This document shows, piece after piece, positions 51,095 to 64,000 of a stretch of 64,000 nt of DNA (position 1 is its first letter; each line of letters begins with the position of its first letter). The notes beneath the pieces are model-generated. The model saw only the letters and a program-made list of their open reading frames with translations. It was not told the DNA's origin and searched no databases. The position numbers were made by a program, and so were the translations under genes. The stretch is taken from NCBI GenBank assembly GCA_038087875.1, contig CM075977.1, positions 145,576,001 to 145,640,000 of the forward strand, given 5' to 3'. This stretch comes from Malacoraja senta (Eukaryota).

Positions 51095-51822
51095 GACACA
51101 CAAAACTACAGATGTTGACATCTTTTGCTTTCGATGTTAATGTCTGACATCCTCCACTTCAGCTGGAGGAACTCAGTGGATCAGGCAGCATCTGCAGAGG
51201 GAATGGACAGATGAGGTATTGGGCCGGAACCCTTCTTCAGTCTGATGGAGTTGGGGGGGGGGGGGTAGATGGAAACGAGGGGCGAGGTGGGGCCAAGCAT
51301 GGAATGTGATCGGTGGCAAGGGGGGCTGATTGGCAGATGGGTAGCTTATAACTCAACAGTATGAACATTGAATTCTCCAATTTCATGCAAAGCACCCCCC
51401 TCCCACCTTTCTCCGTCTCCACCCTAACTCTAGTAGACACACAATTCTCCCACCCTAGTCACCCTGCTCCTTTCCTCACTTCCAAACTGTCATCTCCCAT
51501 CCTTTTTTTATCCCTCGCTTTCCACCCATATCTTTCTTTCCAGCTTTACACTTCTCATCTCTGATACCCCTTTGTCTCCTTTTCATATTTTGCCTTTGTC
51601 ACTTACTCCACCCATGGGACAATCACCACTCCCTTCTCTCACCTTTATCCACCCATCACTCGCCAGACTTGTCCCCAGCCCTAACCTCCCATTTCCAGCT
51701 TTCTTCTCCATCAATCTTTCTGCTCCATCAATCTGAAGAATAGTTCCAACCAAAACATGTTCCAACCATTTCCCTCCACAGATGCTGCCTGATCAGCAAA
51801 GTTCCCCCAGCCATTTGTTTTT
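51095..51822. mobile_element. Penelope-like fragment with inverted terminal repeat (minus 51095-51340, plus 51338-51822)
   Basis: Plus arm encodes MNIEFSNF (end of PLE ORF), a pyrimidine tract and the tail; left arm is an inverted tail copy. Confidence 0.72.
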
Positions 51823-53719
51823 CTATTCATATTAGGATTAATATTTTCACCCATGTTGGTACTTGGTATGAAAGAACTTTGAAATCAGTACATGCTCAAA
51901 AATGATTAAGACTCCATAGAAAGGTTAGAAACACTGAGAAATGACAATACCAATTTTTTGTATTCTGTAAAACAGGTGTGAAACAATTATAGGATTAACT
52001 CTGTGGGGACAAATAATTTATTCATTGTGTTAATGACAGGGTAATTCACACCAAGACCAAGTATGAAAAGATTTACATTTTATTTTTTATTTAAAATTCA
52101 GGTTAGCTAAGGTTCACAGAATACTGGAAGGATAATCAACATTAAATCAAGCCTTATTACAATGGGTAATTTATGTAGAAGTGAATATTTTGAATGCCCA
52201 GATAATACATGGGTTGGTAATGTATAAATGTTATGAAAAATAATTACTGCATCTACCTGATCATTTATGCGAGTTTTAGTTGCAAATGAAATAATGACAG
52301 AATTCTCATGACTGGTGAGTCACATCTTCCAACAATGACCTGAAAATGCAGTGGAAGTATGCAATGGTCAAGAAATTTGTTAAGTTAATCATGCAAAATG
52401 TTTTTTTCTGTAAAATGGACATGTCATCCAATGCCAAAGCAGCACAATTTTGATGCAAAACAAATTCTCCAATCTTCAAAAAAAGATAAATGGACTAGTT
52501 ACGCAATGTGTATTGATAATTATTTTAGATTTCTTCTGTGGTACTTGCGCAAACCTGCAACAAAATTGAGTTTGCACACACACCAAAATAGAATGTGTGC
52601 AATTGTGTTTTAAATGAGTCAATACAACTGCAAACCAATAGCACATTTGCTGTTTACTACTTGGATCACAATTTTAGATCACAAATTTCTTTGAAAAATC
52701 TACACCAAAGACAATTTTTACTAATAGCCCACGACAAACTATTATAGGAAATGCTGCAAGTTATCATAACAAAATAGCTAACATAAATAAAGTGACAGAG
52801 ATATGCAGCATAGACTATAATAAATTATTTTCCTTACTTCAAATCTAAATTACTGTAGGGACCCAGAAAGTAATTTTGTGCACCACATGCTATTATTTCC
52901 CATCACGACAATTACTTCCTGGTTCTCATTAATCACTATATTATGAAACTTGAACTGCATGTTTTCTTACTACTCTCAGCCTTAATTTTCCATTTTTGTA
53001 AAGAGTTAGGTTTTGCCATAGTAATCAGCATCTTGCAAAGGGAGTCCAAAGTGATTAACTTACACAATTCATTAACAATCACTCAGAGCTTCCATTAATC
53101 CAGCAACAAGACACTCTGCACCAGTCCTTAGGATCAGTACTGCTATAATATTTTCCAGCACCACCATCAGCCTAATCAAAGATTTTTGAAAGCTGAAACA
53201 GTAGAGGGCCTGACATCCATACGGATAAAGTATTGCCTAATAAGATATGTTAAATCCCCAGCAGGGTCACGACAAAAAAAACTTCAACTGCAGAAGCCAG
53301 CCTTTCATTCAATACCAAAGGTACTCTATTACAAATTCTTGCTCGAGATGATATTTCCTTTTGGGATCAATGGAATTTAACACTAATTTGCATCAAAGAC
53401 AAATCCTGACCGGGACAAGCAAGTCATTCTTCATCTTTTCTCAAAATGACTAACTGTTTACTATCAACAGTAGTTATTATTTCACAAACAAGCTCCTGTC
53501 AAATTCCATTAGAGATCTGAGGAGATTGGATTGTGGATCAATGTTATGTGACATTGCCCCCACACTAAGAAAAATAAAATTCTGAATCTCACCATTTGAA
53601 TATGCTATAAAAATCATGCAATTATCTCTAATGTCTGGCCCCTCTGATTGCATCTTGCAAATTTTTTGCAGTAATTATCTACAAAATATACAGAGTACAA
53701 AACATTAATAAATATCCTA

Positions 53720-54860
53720 AGATAGACACAAAAAAAAAAAAAAAAAAAACTAACTCAGCAGGTCAGACAGCATCTCTGGAGAAAAGGAATAGGTGACATT
53801 TCGGGTCACTACCCTTTATCAGACTTTCAAGTAAAAGTAATTTAAAATCCATCAAGTGTTAAATTCATAATTTTAGATGTTTTAATCTGGATTCTCTTAT
53901 CTATCATATGACATCAAATTTTAAATTGACTAAAACAATAAAAGGATGGCAGCAAATTGTTACGATATGTGGCAATAGTGGGCAGATTGTGGTGTATTAG
54001 GGTTGAAATACAGCATCAATGGCCTGCCATGTTTATGATGCTCCTTGAACTCAACCCAAACCAGAAATGTGAATGCTCTACATTTCCCATTTACAGATGC
54101 ACTTGACCGACCTGGAATTTGTGGTGGTGAATAAAGAGAAGCTCTTGAAGGGAGACAAAAATGCTGGAGAAACTCAGTGGGTGGGGCAGCATCTATGGAG
54201 TGAAGGAATGTGACGTTTCGGGTCGTAACCCTTCTTCAGACTGATGTGGGGGCGGGGGGGGTGGGGGCGGGAAGAGGAAAGGAAGAGGCGGAGACAGTGG
54301 GCTGTGGGAGAGCTGGGAAGGGGAGGGGAAGGAGAGAGAATGCAAGGACTACCTGAAATTGAAAATGTCAATGTTCATACCGCTGAGGTGTAAACTACCC
54401 AAGCGAAATAGGAGGTGCTGCTCCTCCAATTTGCAGTGGGACTCATACATATGTGTATTCCTATGAATGGCAGACTTGTTTCTTCTCTTCCTTCTTCTCT
54501 CGCCCCCCAACCTTTAGTAATTATGCTTTCTTATCAGTCTTGTGTACTTTTGAAACCATTCATTACCAATGATCACCACAGTGAGTGACGTGTGTATTTT
54601 CCCACATAGGGACTGCAATGACATGGCCATCTGTTAAAATTGAACCATTAGCTACCCAGATACAGCCAGTAATCAGAAAATGCTTAAAGAACTCAGCAGG
54701 TCAGGCAGCATCTGTGGAGGGAATGGACAGACAGACTACGTTTTGGATCAGGACTTTTCTTCAGGGCTGATGGAGGAGGAAGAATGTTGGAAAAGAGGTG
54801 GGGTCGGGGTGGTGATTGGGATGTGGGTGAAGTGAATAACAAAGGCTGGCGGTGAAATTG
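53720..54860 (-). mobile_element. Three Penelope-derived fragments (53720-53825, 54153-54445, 54675-54860)
   Basis: Middle copy encodes KLEEQHLLFRLGSLHLSGMNIDIFNFR* and carries CTGAAGAAGGGTTACGACCCGAAACGTC. Confidence 0.78.
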
Positions 54861-56729
54861 TATTCATGCTTACTCAAACCAGTTTATAGATACTAATCAA
54901 TTAAAAAAATCACTGATAGTACTTTTAGAAAGGTAATAGTTTGTCAATTCCTAGAATGGGACAACTTTTAATAGACCCAGATTATTTCATAACCACACAG
55001 GTGGTAATTCAGCTCAGTAAATCCATCAATTCCATTATCCCATTTTTAGTCATTCCATCTACACTTTCTCTCATGGCTTGACTTTGCCTATCATCCACCT
55101 GGGGTAACTTACAATATCCAACTAACTAATCAACACTTAATCTAGCCACAAGAGCCTGAGGCTTCATGATGGATAAGTCTTATCATCTTGCGTTTTTTTT
55201 AAAAACAAACGAGATTGAAGATCAACACCCCCTTCAGTTAAATAAAATGCTCTCCTTTCTCTCATGCTTTCATAATCTTCACATCTCCTTACAATATTAT
55301 TAATTAGCATAGGATGAACTTTTCTATTCTATACCTACCTTTCCTGATTATTTCCATAGGTTTCAGCTCAGTGTTTTTTTGATAACTAACATTTCTATCC
55401 ATGGACACAAAATCTTTAACATTCAAGCTCATCTTTCTTCTGATTTAACGATAACATACAACTTCCCAGGCCTGCTCCAGCCTGGTCAATACTGTAAATG
55501 GTATGTTCATGGGCACTGTTCTCCACTTGAAAATTAATTCTTCCTCAAAGATTACACTCTTAACCCTTTTCTCATCAGCAGCTGCAATCCCTCTTCTCCC
55601 ACAAACCTGTTTGAATCCCTAGAATACAATTTTTACACCAGTGAATAAAACCACAATTCTCTTACTTTGTGACCTCTTGTGATCAATGAGCTACAAAGAT
55701 CCAAGCCCTGTAGAATTGTTGTGCTACTTCGTTTCAGTCACATCCATCCATTTGCAACCAGAACATCTTTCATCAATGGTTTTCCTTCCTACACCCATGA
55801 CATGTAATTTTGGAGTTCTGTCTTGGACCCAAACTAGATTCCTTCCTCATACTCATCCACATACAAACCATGAAAATAGAGGCAACTTCCACCTGTATGC
55901 CATTAGCATATATTCAGGTAAAATAACAAAATGATCATAATATTGATCAAATGTCTGTGGTACACACCCAAAAGCAAAGGCAAGGGACTGAATTATTTTC
56001 ATATCAATCAGCCCTTCATACAAAGAGGTATTTTAATGCACTGTTATAATCTGTCATTTCACAAACAGCAATGTCAGCAAATTACTTCAAGGTACTGCTT
56101 CAATACAGGCCATTTGTTTCATAACATGGATTAATATGTTCAAGAAACTTCTTAGTAAGCAGAGTAATATTTTTTTTTCCAATAAATTATAATGAAGGGA
56201 TTGGATCTTGAATCACAAACACTGTGGTTCTATTTTAAACTGCAATATGGTCTTTGCTATTTTACTTATTGACAGAATCAAAGCCCTACTGGAAATACTA
56301 TGGCTCAATGAAACAATTTAATACCATCTGTTGCTGTGGTCTTACTCAAAAAATTGTTTTGCATTGACACAAAACTTCAAAACCTATTTTTATAGTTACT
56401 CCTTGCCCATCCTGATCAAGTGGAATCAACATTTCCTAATGTATACAACAGATCATGTCACTGCCTGTATGGTTCCATGTTTGTTGTAGACCATGATGGA
56501 GCTGTTTAAAAAAAACTTCAAACAAACCTCTTTTATATTTGTGAATTAAGGCTAAAGATTGTTTCTCCTCCCCCCCCCCGCCACCCAATAAAATGCTACC
56601 CTAATCTACCTGCCATCCAATCAGGGCAAATTTTACTTGGACAATTTCAACACTAGATCAAGATTGCTGCCACCCACAGGCATAAAAAGAACTTGTTTTC
56701 TTAAATAAATTGAACGAGTGCCCAATTTC

Positions 56730-57420
56730 ACCTCGCCGAGGCTATCCCTCGAGGTCGAGGATGATGGTCTACATTCCGTTGTTTTTATGGACTCTCAGGT
56801 GGCTTACGAGTCCAATCCTGGCTTTGAAAGTTCTTCGGCATTCAGGACAGGTAATTCCAGATGGCAGATCGGGCTTTGGCTGTTGCTGCCTCTCTTTCCA
56901 TTTTCTTCTCTTTTCTAATTCTGCGCATCTGTTGGCTTTGAAGGTCGCTGTTCCTTCTTGAATGATGGTTCGCCAGAGTTTCCTGTCCTTGCATTGGTTT
57001 CCCAACTGTTGATTTCACATTTCTTCATGCTGGCTTAAGGCGTCTTTGAATCTCTTCTTTTGTCCGCCTCTTTTATGTTTGCCTTCTTTAAGCTGGAAGT
57101 AGGTTTGCTTTGGTAGACGCTCGTCTTCCATCCGAACAACATGACCGACTCATCTTGATGACGGAGGCTTCGATGCTAGATGTTTTTGCTTCATTCAGCA
57201 CGCTGATGTTGGTTCTTCTGTCTTCCCAACTGATATTTAAGCTGCTTCGAAGACATCGTTGATGGAACTTTAAGTGTTTTCAGATGGCATCGGTATGTTG
57301 TCCAGGTTTCTGATGCATACAGGAGCGTTGGAATCACCACTGCTTTGTACACTAACATTTTGGTGTCTGTTCAGATGTCACGATTTTGAAAGACTCGTTC
57401 GAAGACGTCCAAAAGCTGTT
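56730..57420 (-). mobile_element. RTE-clade LINE 3' fragment with frameshifts
   Basis: RMEDERLPKQ...GKHKRGGQKKRFKDAL and terminal CPECRRTFKARIGLVSHLRVH zinc finger. Confidence 0.82.
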
Positions 57421-60400
57421 TCTCACCTAAGCTACATGGCACAAAACTATACATGGCACAATACCAACATAAGATACAACAAAAATCAGAAAGTGAAGCT
57501 CTACTGAGCCAGTCTTACTGGCAATCAAAATGCCCACTTTGCCCTCTTTGTTACACACTGTTAAAATACCAATCAGTATTCCAAAAATAACACGGGGAAA
57601 ATTTGACTTTCAGTGAGAATCTCCTTCTTTCCCACTTTTGGTCAACACAAACAACAAAAGCTTCAAAAATCAATCAGATATCAGGATTATTAATGCAGTC
57701 CAAAATCCTTGGGCCTGCTCTACAAGCTTAACGAAACTTGCACTGATGATTCCATCTCCTACCCCTGCCCATGTTTAAAGTAAGATTGAGGATCAGTTGG
57801 TGTTTATTCAGATTGTGATGCCGTTCATTGACAAGTTTATACTACTGGAGGATGGACTGTAAAAGGGGCTGCTAGCAGGTCTGGCCAGGCTCAAGAAAAT
57901 AAAATGTTATTAGGTCTGAGATCAAATATTAGTAGTACAAGTGAATTTCTGATTAGGATTCTGGGCTAGGACCAAGCCTGGACAATTTTGTGTTAATAAT
58001 GCTTTAATGATTTCAAATAGAACTGGACACTGAATTCATCACTGCGTCCAATCTGTTCCTCACTGGAGTCTAAAGATCTTTTTAAATGAATATGGAACCA
58101 TCCCCTGCTTGTCAGGCTATTCTTATATTAATATTTGTTGCAAACAAAATCCTTTCCCTACCACATTCTATTTCAATTATCAATAAGTATGAATCAGGTT
58201 TTGGACGATGTTCCATCTCACTCATGCATCTGCATCTCACTTCCACCACAGAGTCGGGTTTTGAGATCCATATTCCTTCAGGTAGCGCATTGTGAAACTG
58301 AAAACAATTAATCTTTACCATCTATCCAACATTAACGTACAACCATGTGTGAAACAACAGTACTCCAGTGAAGAACAGTATTAAGATTTTGCACCTCAAT
58401 ATCATCATTAAAAGAGGAAGACAGTTTCAGTTTTATCCCTAGACGGAAACAAATCAGGTTGTACACTATACTATGGATGCTGGGATCCTTGGATACATGC
58501 ATAGCCTAGTTCAAGTCTGACACTTAGCCAAATTATTCTACCTTCAGTCAAAGTTCAGACACACCCACTTTTCAGCAGGCATTTCTGATCATGAGCAAGA
58601 AATTTGGTTTGATTTTATTTTTCACCTTAACTACTGGCTTTGGCGACCAACTGCTAGATCAGACGTGAAAGCTTGGTCTGTGCAACTGTGCACCCCACCA
58701 TTCAGTGCATTCACTCACTGCAGCAAGTAGAACTGAAGATGACGGTTTTGTAGCATTACATTTTTAGAATTTGGTGGATTATAATTTATGCTTTTACAAT
58801 TGCAAATGTTTGGTATGAAAAATCTTTTGCATCCTTTGAAAAATGTTTTTGTTGACAACATTAAACACCCAAATTCAATTTTTAGATATAATAAGTGTTT
58901 TAGATATAATGAGTGTTGCCGAGTGTCTCAACAAACAGCCGCTGGTTTAAGGCTGCAACTTCATGTCAATCCACTCACTTCTGCTGCGTCACATTGACCC
59001 CATGCCTCTTTTGAAGCTGACATCACCAATCAGTTCTGAACAGGCCTCACCTCTCAGCAACAAAGTCTCTTTTCATTGGTTTTCCACTGTAGGCCACATG
59101 GGCAAACACAATGGTTGCCTCCAGCTTCACACAAGCTCCCCAGTCTGTATGGATCATTTTGGAGTGATTTATAACCAACACTTTTCCTTCTGCATCTGTG
59201 CAGGGAAACACACATCACTGGGGGCCACTTTCATGATTTTGTTGCGACTAGGATTAGTTGGATTAGGGACGGACTCATAAGAACCCCCCGCAGCTATGAG
59301 GAAGTTTCATTGCGGGATCAGTGTGATGCTAACTATTCTCTACCACCAGCACCACAAGTCTGTCATAAAATAGATACAAAACCAAAATCTGCACAAATAA
59401 TTTATAACTGATGATGAATTTTACTCAAATATGCAACTATGGATTATTAATATTTGCTTTCATGAAACTTACATTCAATTTCCCCACATCAAATTAATAA
59501 CAATTTGCTTGAAGAAACATTTTAGAGGAAAAAAGTTTCAAATGTTTACAAGCAGTTGCTGTTCCATTTCATTCCAGGTTGAAACAGTTGCTTCCTTTCA
59601 AAAATAAACTTGATGCCTTTTAAAAATTGAAATAGGTAGAAGGCTGTTGGGAAATTCTGATGAAAAATGGTCATCAGTGGACAAATGAAGGAAGGCATGG
59701 AAGATGAAAATCTACTGAAGAAAATTGAAAAACATGATTGCTCCAAAAGTTTCTAAGTGTTATCTGTTATACTTTTTTTCTCTTCTCTCTAGTTCTTTTT
59801 CTCCTCTATTCTGTTTAGTGCATTCACTATCAAAAGAAAGGGGGTAAGCAATGGAGGCTTTGACCTGCAGCTGTAACACAATACTTTCACACAGCCCTGT
59901 CGACCCTCTGACATAAATTTTACACCGCAGCTGGCATTTACACACTTAACATTTCCATATGTATAGCATGGTCTGTGCTAATTATGCTAATCACCTGTCT
60001 AACTCTCCACTGCGAAAAATGGTTGTATTTAGCAGTCCACTGCTTACAAATACAGCTTACTGTGTGGCTGAAATGTACATTCAGACAAACCTGAATGGTA
60101 AGATTTTTCCACGTTGCTGGCTTCATTCAGACTGCAAAAAAATGTATTCAAGTCAACTGGTTTCGGCCAGCAACATAAAAGTTACGAGAAAAAAGTGAGT
60201 GTGCTCCTGCCCTAACATTCTAAGTCTGCTTGCAAGCAAAATGATAAATCAATTGGTGTGGGAAACAAACGAAGAGATATATTTTGCAAGGCATGTGAAA
60301 CAGTTGCCTTTTAAAAAAAAGAAAACCACTAGATCCACCCATTTCTTCCCAAGATCTCCAAAATGAAGAGCATTTGTTTCTCTTACGTCAGGTATTGAGA

Positions 60401-62089
60401 CAATAGAGGTAGTAAGAAAAACTTGAGAGAAATCAACTCTTCCAATATAACAGAGAATAAATTAAATACTACTCAACAATAAAATAATTTTGGACTTGTC
60501 AGATACTTTGTACAACCATCTTATGAATTCTAATGAATAGAAAGACTTGTACGTTAAAGAGAAAATGATACACATTGTGAGGCCCTTAAATATAAATCAT
60601 CTGCAGTATATGTTGATGAAGTAAATAGCTTATAATGATAATAAATAGATGTAACTTAAAGATCTTTATTTTTCTTTTATACAAAAGACTTAAGATTTTT
60701 TAAACTGGTTAATTCACTTTACAGAAAATTTTGAGCAGAAATAAATTATGGAACTGGAATTTGGACATTTCTCACAAATAACCTTTTTAAACAGTGAGAC
60801 ATATACATTTGACCCAGATTCTACCCAATTTTAAATTCAGTTACACTCCTTTGGCAGTCCAGAGCCTTATAATAATTAAAATGTTCAGTTAGTTCTATTC
60901 CAAAATCTGGCTCAACAGCCAAAACAGAAATAACACTACAACTACTGTGGTCATTTCACAGCAGATTTTTTTTTTTTTAAATGGTACCGGGGGGGGGGGG
61001 GGGGGGAGGGGGCTGTGGGGGGTAGTGGGATGCAAGTTTAGACCACCCTGATTCTATGGCACAGTATTCTGTTTACATTTCAGTGCTTGATTGTGTAATA
61101 CATATGGCATTTTTGGGCAGGAATCCCGAGTCTTCAGCCAAAAGTCTTTTAGCAATACTATTTCAAAAACTGTACACTAGCCATTTATTTTATTTTCCTT
61201 TTTGGAAGACATTTATTTGGATTTTTAATCACCAAGCTTGATTGCATCAACCACTTTGCCCTCTATTCCATCAACAATGGCATTAAACTGCTTTTTAATC
61301 TAATTTAATCATAAACACATAACAAGGAAACATCTTAATCTACACATATAAAGCAGGCCAAATTGTTGTCAAAACACATTCTCAATAATGTAACAAGATG
61401 TAATTGACCAGTTCCTTTCAACTATCAACATCTCAGCACAAGGTCCAAATTTATCTGAACAAAGTTAATCCCAAAGCAGGACAATGAAAACAGAATGGGG
61501 GAAAAAAGGCACAATCTCCGTTTTTCAATCTGAGATCAGCTGTGGCCAAGATGGAGTGAGTATACTGGTGGACATAGTCTATCAGCAGGTCACAGGGAGG
61601 TCAGCTTTGAAGGAGGAATCCAAATGAAATATAAACATGGCATCGTGGAAACCAGACAAATCTCCCATAGTTTTGTCCAGCCAGCACTAATCTAGGCATC
61701 AGCTGTGGAGCAAAACCTAAACAAATGGATCACTCAGTTCACACATCTGGAAGCTGTCTTATTTTAGTCTTCAAGAACAGATATGTACAGTTTAAACACT
61801 GGTCCAGCACACAAAAACATTTCATTTAAAAACATGCTTGGACACATATGTCCTCTAAAATTAATCTACATGCATTGCCCTGGGCTGTTCAATGCTATCC
61901 TGAAGATGGCTTTGTATTTGTCAGACAATAATTCAAGTGTATATAATGCAAAGTGAGATATTCGACAATAACAGAATGTCAAGGAATTTTCTTACGATTC
62001 CTTACACATGGCATTTCTGTTAAATTTAAATTCTGCTTCAATAACCAGTTTTAAAGAACGCAGAACATGGAGCACGATAGTGTAATAGG

Positions 62090-62400
62090 AAAGTAAGTGG
62101 ACTAGCCTCACATTTCAGGAACGTTGATCCAGGAGTAGTTGGGGAATGTAAATTTGAGTAATTTAATAAATCTGCAATTTTAAACTTGTTTCTGTGATAT
62201 TGATAATGAAACTACTAGATTGTTGTAAAAGCCCCATATGGTTTGCAAGTGTCCTTCAGGGACAGAAATCTTCCACTGTATCCACTCTGGCCGTTAGATG
62301 TCTCCAGATTACCCATGTAACTTGACTCATCGCTGCCTTCTCAATAAGGGATGCACAATAAATGCCAGTATTTCCAGCAATATTCATGTTCAGTGAATGA
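62090..62400 (+). mobile_element. Old SINE-like repeat; related copy on the minus strand at about 15900-16500
   Basis: GATTGTTGTAAAAGCCCCATATGGTTTGCAAGTGTCCTTC resembles the reverse complement of 16015-16058. Confidence 0.5.
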
Positions 62401-62513
62401 AAGTTAACAAAAAGCAACAGATATTATTGCAACACAAATACTTTTAAATGTCTTGTTTACTGCTAACAATAAAAGCAGTTTTTGATGAGTGAATTCTCCA
62501 ATTTTTAACAAAA

Positions 62514-63229
62514 GGGGAAGTACAACGGGATCTGGGGGTCCTTGTTCATCAGTCACTGAAAGTAAGCATGCAGGTACAGCAGGCAGTGAAAAAAGTGAAT
62601 GGCATGTTGGCCTTCATAACAAGAGGAGTTGAATATAGGAGCAAAGAGGTCCTTCTGCAGTTGTACAGGGCCCTAGTGAGACTACACCTGGAGTATTGTG
62701 TGCAGTTTTGGTCTCCAAATTTGAGGAAGGGCATTCTTGCTATTGAGGGAGTGCAGTGTAGGTTCACAAGGTTAATTCCCGGGATGGCGGGACTGTTATA
62801 TGTTGATAGAATGTATAATCTGGGCTTGTATAATCTGGAATTTGGAAGGATGAGAGGCTATCTTATTAAAACATAAGATTATTAAGGGTTTGGACACGCT
62901 CGAGGCAGGAAACATATTCCCGATATTGGGGGAGTCCAGAACCAGGGGCCACCCAGTTTAAGAATAAGGGGCAAGCCATTTAGAACGGAGATGAGGAAAT
63001 ACTTTTTCACACAGAGAGTTATGAGTCTGTGGAATTCTCTGCCTCAGAGGGCGGGGAAGGCTGGTTCTCTGGATGCTTTCAAGAGAGAGTTAGATAGAAC
63101 TCTTAAAGATAGCGGAGTCGAGGGATATGGGGAGAAGGCAGGAACGGGGTACTGATTGTGGATGATCAGCCATGATCACATTGAATGGCGGTGCTGGCTC
63201 AAAGACCTACTCCTGCACCTATGGTCTAT
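62514..63229 (+). mobile_element. CR1-clade LINE 3' fragment (ORF2 C-terminus plus 3' tail)
   Basis: RDLGVLVHQSLK...LYRALVRLHLEYCVQFWSP...EGVQCRFTRLIPGM; tail GATCAGCCATGATCACATTGAATGGCGG...CCTGCACCTAT. Confidence 0.9.
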
Positions 63230-64000
63230 AATCTTGCAGGAAAAGCCCCCATTTATGAGCATATTAAAAAATGTAAAATTTATGTTTCAACTTTGAACTC
63301 AAAACTAGCAATGAGCATATGTTACAGCTTCTTGATTAGAATGACCAGGTAAGGCAGCTAAAACTATTTTTTAAAAGCCCAAAGGCAAAAAAAGCTTGTT
63401 TTAATTCATGTTATCAGAATTGATTAAAAAGCAGCAATAAATTAAAGAACCTAAACCAGATATTTTATATTTATATATATATATATATATACACACAGAT
63501 ATATACACACACATATATAAAATATCAAAATGGCTTGTTTTATTAACAATGTCTTGAGGCCACAGACCAATAATCTGACCTCAATGTAAATGCTGATCCA
63601 ATTATTTATCACAGCATCAACAGAAAAAAAAATTACCTTTACAAATGAGAATAAACAACATTTGTCAATGAAAGGCTAGCACTTCATAAGCCTAAGATTC
63701 AGTTTTTGGAAATGCCTGTTTATTAGTTCACTGAACTGTTGATCATTATTCCAACCAATAATTCCCTGGGCGAAATAAGCTTCTTTTGATCCAAGAACAG
63801 ATCTGAAGGACTGAAAGCATCAATGAATGCAACTTTAAAATTGAAAAACTGTCAACAATTCAACATCCATTAACTTCAACACCACTGAGGAATCAAGAGG
63901 AAAAGCACTAGTATACTCCTCCTGCAAGAGTTTCTGTATAATCTTTCAGAAAATAAAGCTTTCAAGGATGCTATATGGGATTTAAGTAATTAGAAAACTC

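Overview
Eukaryotic (vertebrate) genomic DNA, AT-rich, almost entirely occupied by the Hedgehog receptor gene patched 1 (PTCH1) on the minus strand. Twenty-one coding exons equivalent to human exons 3-23 (46532 to 4638) can be delimited at GT-AG boundaries. They splice into one open frame of 3950 nt, and 18 of the 21 exon lengths match the human exons as I recall them. A non-coding last exon (3' UTR) runs from 4365 to about 1535. Exons 1-2 lie beyond the right edge (intron 2 is >17 kb). The repeat content (CR1 LINE tails, tRNA-headed SINEs, Penelope-derived elements, RTE, Tc1, Helitrons) suggests a cartilaginous fish, probably a skate or ray; this is inference. Most notable observations: (1) a 90-nt HSC70/HSPA8-like coding fragment patched into a decayed RTE LINE in intron 2, next to a perfect 32-nt duplication; (2) four CpG-rich non-autonomous Helitrons carrying NRF1/CRE motifs, one with a 162-bp near-perfect palindrome; (3) about a dozen Penelope-derived elements, several with minimal hammerhead-ribozyme cores and several in inverted pairs; (4) loss of the C-terminal PPxY degron (PSPY) with an expanded proline run at the loop PPxY; (5) a structured 3' UTR block that appears deeply conserved; (6) intronic GLI sites and a candidate poison exon in intron 12. 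All homology calls come from reading and recall, not from database searches.
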